Shown here: positions 47,110 to 52,069 of the stretch, in pieces | How the letters are laid out: each line of letters opens with the position of its first letter | Position numbering within the stretch: position 1 is the stretch's first letter | The notes under the pieces: model-generated | Database searches by the model: none | Told to the model about the DNA's origin: nothing | Seen by the model: the letters and a program-made list of their open reading frames with translations, nothing else | Made by a program: the position numbers and the translations under genes | Source: a virus | Lineage: Duplodnaviria; Caudoviricetes | IMG/VR virus record: IMGVR_UViG_3300037808_000798 | Location: 1 to 52,069 of that record | Length of the DNA stretch: 52,069 bases | Strand: one strand, 5' to 3'

Positions 47110-47801
47110 TTTATTTCTCCAAAATGTTCTTTAAGTATTTCAAAAGATGTTCTTCCAATATCAATATCAGATTCTACATTTATACCATATTCAAAATGAC
47201 CAAAATTAATTTCTTTATTAAATTTTTCTGCAATTTCTTTCATTGTAATACTTTTTTGTGATAGTAAATAAAATGTTCCACTTTCATGAGATTGAATAGT
47301 ATTATAAACATCATCAAATAAGATAAAATCATTTACGGACTCTCCTGTTAGTGTAATATCCTCATTATTCATTAATTTATGTAATGAATTTCTTTTCTTA
47401 TCATCCCCCACTAAACCAGATGGTCGTAGTATTAAATAATTTTTACTTTGTTCCCTTATTATATGTTCATTCAAAGCTTTCATTATTATATAAGGAGTTG
47501 GTTGTGATTTAGAATTTAACTCACTTACTTGACAAGTCGAAATATAAACAAATCTTCTATGTGGTATTTTTAGAAGTTTTTTTGTTAAATTTATATTATC
47601 TTCATAAATTTTATAATTAACTAAATTTAATTCAGACATATTTTGATTAAAAGCACAATGAATTATTGTATCAACTCCTTCAGAAATAATTTCATCCGTA
47701 AGTGGATTTTCTCTTGTTATACAAATTGGATTTGGATATTTTTTAGACAAAAATTCACCTAATCCAGATCGTGTCCCCGTAATAAGTATTTTATTTTTCA
47801 T
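47106..47801 (-). CDS. Short NAD-dependent epimerase/reductase (SDR)
   Basis: ILITGTRSGLG, IIHCAF, YISTC, YIIMK. Confidence 0.85.
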   Translation of the reverse strand: MKNKILITGTRSGLGEFLSKKYPNPICITRENPLTDEIISEGVDTIIHCAFNQNMSELNLVNYKIYEDNINLTKKLLKIPHRRFVYISTCQVSELNSKSQPTPYIIMKALNEHIIREQSKNYLILRPSGLVGDDKKRNSLHKLMNNEDITLTGESVNDFILFDDVYNTIQSHESGTFYLLSQKSITMKEIAEKFNKEINFGHFEYGINVESDIDIGRTSFEILKEHFGEIK

Positions 47802-49139
47802 TTAAATTACCTGTTCTAATTCTTTAAATACCACATTGAGATAACTATGATCATTTATTAACTTATCATAGTTATACTTTACAACTTCTTCAGTTTTAAC
47901 AATAATTTCTTTTATTTCCCTGTCACTCAACTTGCACAACCTCTCTACTTCAGTAACTATCATTTTAATTCTTTTGTAGGGATGTACTTCGTTGTCGTAA
48001 GATTCATCGATATATGGTTGGAATGTTTTAAATCCTCTACTTCTAATACTTTTTAATGTTTGAAATGGTGCTACAGCTATAAATATGTGATTATTTGCTA
48101 TTGCCTTCCAAATTTTTTCACTCATATATAAAGTATCTTGAACAAAATGACTTTCACTTACAAGTGAAAAAAATGTTTGTTCATATGTCCAAGATGGTGA
48201 AGTATCATAATGATTCGTATTCCATTCATCTACATCAATTATACTTGGAGAATTTTTTTCTAAATCCTTTAATATTTTACCATGTTTGTTCACCAAACTT
48301 TTTCCCAAGTTAAAATGACCAAGTAGATTATTTCTGAATACTTGTTTGTGATAATTATTTATCTTATTAAACGAAACCATACCATCTTTCAACAAGTTTT
48401 TTTCTTTTAATAATGTCAACAAGAATAATCTGTGTGGATGACCAAGTTCTCTATTGAAACATAAAAATTTTTTCTTTATATCTTTATTTTTATTAAAATT
48501 TGCCAATTTCCATTTTTTTGGATAATTAAGATGTCTTTGTGCCTGTAACTCTATTATACTAATATCTTCTCTATCCATGTAAGTATATTCACTTCTTTCC
48601 TGGCCATTTTTATACCAAGAAGTTTTCATCCCTTTCCATTTTTTATATTGTTTTTTTGATTTTAAATTACCTGTAACATAAACAAAGTTGGATGGGTTAA
48701 TTTTAAATCTATCAAGTTCCTTGTAAAATTCTTCATATAAATTGATATTAAGATGATTAATAGAAGGTCCTTCTTGGGCATGCCAGACAAAAATAATTGC
48801 CCTATTCTCTCTTACCTGATTTAAAGCCAACGAACTTATATTATGAAAAAAAGATTTAACTTTATTTTCTTGGCCATCTTCGTATTTACCAAACCATCCT
48901 CTTGGGTCTCCCAATGGTTCTAGTATATAAATCCATTTTTCTTTATATTGATTCTCACTATAATGTTTTACACTATTTATTTCAAACTTCTCTCCTGCAT
49001 TTCCTAATAACTCTCCCCACCAAGGTGGTAAATAAAGTTGACAAATTTGTCCTATTATTTTTTTGTTATATCGAGTCCCATTAGGTCTTTTGATTGTACG
49101 TGTCTTTGAATCAAAAAAATCATATCCAAATTTAAACAT
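47802..49139 (-). CDS. GT10-like putative glycosyltransferase, paralog 10, with an inserted MORN-like repeat
   Basis: Likely start ATG 49139 (TAATG); CFNR..HR; LVSES..SEKIWKAI..GFKTF..DESYD. Confidence 0.6.
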   Translation of the reverse strand: MFKFGYDFFDSKTRTIKRPNGTRYNKKIIGQICQLYLPPWWGELLGNAGEKFEINSVKHYSENQYKEKWIYILEPLGDPRGWFGKYEDGQENKVKSFFHNISSLALNQVRENRAIIFVWHAQEGPSINHLNINLYEEFYKELDRFKINPSNFVYVTGNLKSKKQYKKWKGMKTSWYKNGQERSEYTYMDREDISIIELQAQRHLNYPKKWKLANFNKNKDIKKKFLCFNRELGHPHRLFLLTLLKEKNLLKDGMVSFNKINNYHKQVFRNNLLGHFNLGKSLVNKHGKILKDLEKNSPSIIDVDEWNTNHYDTSPSWTYEQTFFSLVSESHFVQDTLYMSEKIWKAIANNHIFIAVAPFQTLKSIRSRGFKTFQPYIDESYDNEVHPYKRIKMIVTEVERLCKLSDREIKEIIVKTEEVVKYNYDKLINDHSYLNVVFKELEQVI

Positions 49140-50638
49140 TAAAGCTCCACATGACTTGGTATATCCTGACCACATCCGAAATCTATTATTTCGTGTTTTG
49201 TTCCAAAAAGTTTATATCGTCTTGTAATATCATATTTTAAATCAGTAAGTCCATCTTCATCTGTATTTATTATCCCACCTTGAACTTCCTCTACAAATCT
49301 TTTTTCATTCACACTTGTATCTTTTTGATGTACCCATTTTCCACCTACCATATCATTTCGTTTATGTTCTTGTGAGAAAAATTTACCTGGCCGTGTTCTA
49401 TATGGTAAAGTAGTGTTTGGTATTTTACCGAGTGACTCTTCTTCTACACGACACCCATTTAATATTCCGTGATTTCCATTACCACTTAAATCATACACAA
49501 TGTCATCTTTTACATTAGAAAAATCATAATATAGTTTAGTATCGGTTGGATTCGGATAGTCATTATTGTAATAATCTCTTATTTCATCATCATTTAAGGA
49601 TTTATCAAATAAACATACTTGTGCAATATCACCTGCAAAGAAATTAGATTCTTCTTTATTAGGATCACCCACACCAATATAAAATGGATTACCACCATAT
49701 TTTTTCAAAGGTGATTCAAAACCTAACGGTGATTCTGAACCATGTCCAAATCGTGAATCTGACTCTTGACCATTGAGATAGAACCTAAGTTCATTATTAT
49801 CAACATCTACCGTGACCATTAAATGTGTCCAAATATCAGGTGGTCTTTTTATCCACATATAAGAATGGTTGTTCTTTTGATTAAATAGTCCAAACGAGTA
49901 TGCATCTGAATTATCCCAACCTAATCCCATTTGGAAACTTGGTCGTCCAAAAATATATTGATGAATAAATTTTCTATTTTCAACATCACCAATTAAATAT
50001 TTAGGAATATCAAATCTATCTTCGGCTCTTACCATTACGGACATTGTAAAATTTTTACTTGTGATTTCTCGAATCGAATCATTTGGATTGATTTTTACAT
50101 AATCAGACAACCCATCTAATCTTAAAAACTTTCTTTTTTCATCAGATTCATGATTCATAAAGGTTTCTTTTGCCAATTTTTTCTTCTTTACTCTAAATAG
50201 TAAATCATCATCTTCCATACCCCAATTAAAGTATCCATTAGAATATCCATTTATTCTTTCACATTGTTTCTTAGTGAATAATATAGCACCACCAAAATAT
50301 TCCTGATACTTCAAGCCATAATCGAACTGTGCAACATGAACTGCCAGATGTTCTACATTTTTAGGGTAGGAGTAATCACATGAATCATCTTCAGGCAACA
50401 TATCTATGTCGTGAAAACAGAAGTAATCATAACCTTCTTTTTGTGCAACATCAAAAGCTACATTTTTCGCAGTTCCTCTGTTGAATCCACTTACACTATC
50501 TGGATAGACTTGGTTGGCAACAAATATCTTATACTCTATATCCTTGTCTTTAAAAAACTTATCCATATGTGGAATAAACTTTTTAAGATGTTCTTCCCTG
50601 TTATAGTGTGGGACACATATTGCTAACTTTTTACTCAT
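49139..50638 (-). CDS. GT7 (beta-1,4-galactosyltransferase-like) with inserted LamG/concanavalin-A-like domain
   Basis: VPHYNREEHL, FNRG, FHDIDMLP, GYSN.YFNWGMEDDD; LamG: FTMSVMV..WTHL..FYLNG..IG..FAGDIAQV..YYDF..DLSGNGNHG; C-terminal DGLTDLKY. Confidence 0.9.
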   Translation of the reverse strand: MSKKLAICVPHYNREEHLKKFIPHMDKFFKDKDIEYKIFVANQVYPDSVSGFNRGTAKNVAFDVAQKEGYDYFCFHDIDMLPEDDSCDYSYPKNVEHLAVHVAQFDYGLKYQEYFGGAILFTKKQCERINGYSNGYFNWGMEDDDLLFRVKKKKLAKETFMNHESDEKRKFLRLDGLSDYVKINPNDSIREITSKNFTMSVMVRAEDRFDIPKYLIGDVENRKFIHQYIFGRPSFQMGLGWDNSDAYSFGLFNQKNNHSYMWIKRPPDIWTHLMVTVDVDNNELRFYLNGQESDSRFGHGSESPLGFESPLKKYGGNPFYIGVGDPNKEESNFFAGDIAQVCLFDKSLNDDEIRDYYNNDYPNPTDTKLYYDFSNVKDDIVYDLSGNGNHGILNGCRVEEESLGKIPNTTLPYRTRPGKFFSQEHKRNDMVGGKWVHQKDTSVNEKRFVEEVQGGIINTDEDGLTDLKYDITRRYKLFGTKHEIIDFGCGQDIPSHVEL

Positions 50639-52069
50639 GTTACTGATATAAACTCGTGTTTGTCTAAAAATTCTTCTTGGTGAATAACTTTATATTTAAG
50701 TGAACTTAAACCATCATCTTTAATATTTGATATCCCCCGTCTAACTTTATTAAAAAATCTTAATTGATTTTCTCGTGTTTCCCAATGAGTGAATTTAGTT
50801 TGACTCCACCCATTTTCTTCGTGTTCCAAACAAGTATATTTTCCATCTCGTCTGTTTGGTATTAATGCAACACTACCAATTCTTAATTCTTTTTCCTTTT
50901 TAAGTGCTCCATGTATTTTAGCGTGATTATCATTTCCACTTTTATCAATTACCATATCACCAACAACATTATCAAAATTCCAATAACCAACCACATCTTT
51001 TGCAGATTTATATTTTTCTTGTCCTTGTTTCCACCCATCAAAATTTTTATTATCTGTAACATTTATTGGAAAACCATTATTATATAAATAAGATGCCTCT
51101 TCAGGATTTATACAACTTGACCACATAGTAATTTGTGCTATCGTTCCCTTAAAATATCCCCTATCTTCAAAACGTGCGTTTGGATTTGCACATCCAATAT
51201 AATATGAAACATTACTTGCCTCTTTAATTTTACCCAAATAATCAGTAGGTGATTCGTTTACCTCTACACCATTTACATACATTCTTAATCGTTTTAAAAC
51301 AGAATCAACTGTATAAATAACATGACTCCATTCATTAGAATGTCTATCCGAAACTACCATATATTGTTCATTATCATTATTCCAAATACCACCCTTGTAT
51401 TGCATACCACTTGTGTATGCAATTCCTACGTGATGTCCTGGTCGAGTGAATACATGAAACTCATCGTATTCTTTATTATCATCAAGAGTTAAATCATCAC
51501 TTGGTTCTACCCACGCTTCAACACTAAATGATGAATTTACTACTTTGTTTAATGAAAGTGTATTCTTTATCTCAAGATACTCCTGTCCGTTAAACTCCAT
51601 AGTACTTACGTATCTTGGTGCTTTATCTTTTGATGAACCGGTCCATTGTTCTTGTAATGGAACTCCTCGTTTTCTACAACGATAAAGTAAGTCATCATCT
51701 TCAAACCCCCATCCCCAATACTTGTTGGAGAATCCATTTATCCATTCGAAGTGTTCTTTGTTGAATAATGTAACTCCACTAAAATATTCAGGATATACAA
51801 GACGATAGTTAAATTTACTTAGTCTTGATGCAAGATGTGTTGGTTTATCTACCCAAGAATAATCACAAGTATTGTCCTCTGGTAACATATCCACATCATG
51901 GAAACAAAAATAATCAAACCCTTGTTGTGATGATATATCGTATCCAACATTTATTAACCATCCACGATTAAAGGGCCTATCGTTCCCCTGTTCCACTATA
52001 AAGATTTTGAAATCTATCTCTTTATCAGATAAAAACTTCTCCATATGTGGGACAAATTTGGCAAGGTGT
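50635..52069 (-). CDS. GT7 with inserted LamG-like domain, second paralog (5' end beyond window)
   Basis: Frame open to the window edge (HLAKFVPHMEKF); FNRG, FHDVDMLP, WGWGFEDDD; LamG FSVEAWV..YVNG..GYWNFD..DKSGNDNHA; DGLSSLKY. Confidence 0.9.
   Translation of the reverse strand, partial: HLAKFVPHMEKFLSDKEIDFKIFIVEQGNDRPFNRGWLINVGYDISSQQGFDYFCFHDVDMLPEDNTCDYSWVDKPTHLASRLSKFNYRLVYPEYFSGVTLFNKEHFEWINGFSNKYWGWGFEDDDLLYRCRKRGVPLQEQWTGSSKDKAPRYVSTMEFNGQEYLEIKNTLSLNKVVNSSFSVEAWVEPSDDLTLDDNKEYDEFHVFTRPGHHVGIAYTSGMQYKGGIWNNDNEQYMVVSDRHSNEWSHVIYTVDSVLKRLRMYVNGVEVNESPTDYLGKIKEASNVSYYIGCANPNARFEDRGYFKGTIAQITMWSSCINPEEASYLYNNGFPINVTDNKNFDGWKQGQEKYKSAKDVVGYWNFDNVVGDMVIDKSGNDNHAKIHGALKKEKELRIGSVALIPNRRDGKYTCLEHEENGWSQTKFTHWETRENQLRFFNKVRRGISNIKDDGLSSLKYKVIHQEEFLDKHEFISVT

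Noticed and set aside
565-50626. All plus-strand ORFs and the short nested minus-strand ORFs in the track
   Set aside because: They lie opposite or inside well-supported minus-strand genes, have F/L/S/I-rich antisense composition and show no recognisable motifs.
1-52069. Alternative genetic code
   Set aside because: Standard code gives near-complete coding density, and TAA, TGA and TAG (4462, 25405) all end genes at sensible positions.
1-52069. tRNA, rRNA or CRISPR array
   Set aside because: Intergenic gaps are tiny; no cloverleaf motifs or regularly spaced repeat-spacer units were seen.
12095-52069. Bacterial O-antigen or capsule locus
   Set aside because: No wzx/wzy/wzm/wzt or initiating transferase, and it is contiguous and co-oriented with phage genes with the same RBS and overlap style.

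Overview
This window is an AT-rich fragment of a large tailed-phage genome with a T4 gp17-like terminase, most likely environmental (the gene families recall marine phages). Essentially every real gene is on the minus strand, tightly packed, with ATGA/TAATG overlaps and GGAG ribosome-binding sites. It has three parts. (1) 1-2110: the 5' part of the large terminase (absent from the ORF track because it runs off the edge), preceded by two membrane/coiled-coil proteins and a small beta-rich protein. (2) 2113-12029: unrelated enzymes (Ntn hydrolase, cytidyltransferase-like, ligase-like, CCA-adding, HD, ParB/Srx-like, zeta-toxin-like kinase) plus a free-standing GIY-YIG endonuclease. Many of these share a ~10-residue N-terminal leader (MIKLxxLxxE) and have [ILF]xE motifs at domain junctions, which suggests capsid-packaged, protease-processed polyproteins. 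One ligase-superfamily domain is split across two genes in reversed order: motif I (KLDG) ends ORF 2421-3200 and motifs III-V end ORF 5281-8121. (3) 12095-52069: a ~40 kb glycan synthesis/modification island with six NDP-sugar SDR enzymes, a ColD-type PLP enzyme, RmlC, a UDP-glucose dehydrogenase, a TPP alpha/beta pair, three radical SAM enzymes, a carbamoyltransferase, methyltransferases, ten paralogous GT10-like proteins, five SGNH-like proteins, two GT7-LamG fusions and two MORN-repeat proteins. The island also holds a 185-bp direct repeat, probable recombination scars, an unannotated 34-aa microprotein and a candidate structured RNA. All calls come from reading motifs by eye; no searches were run.
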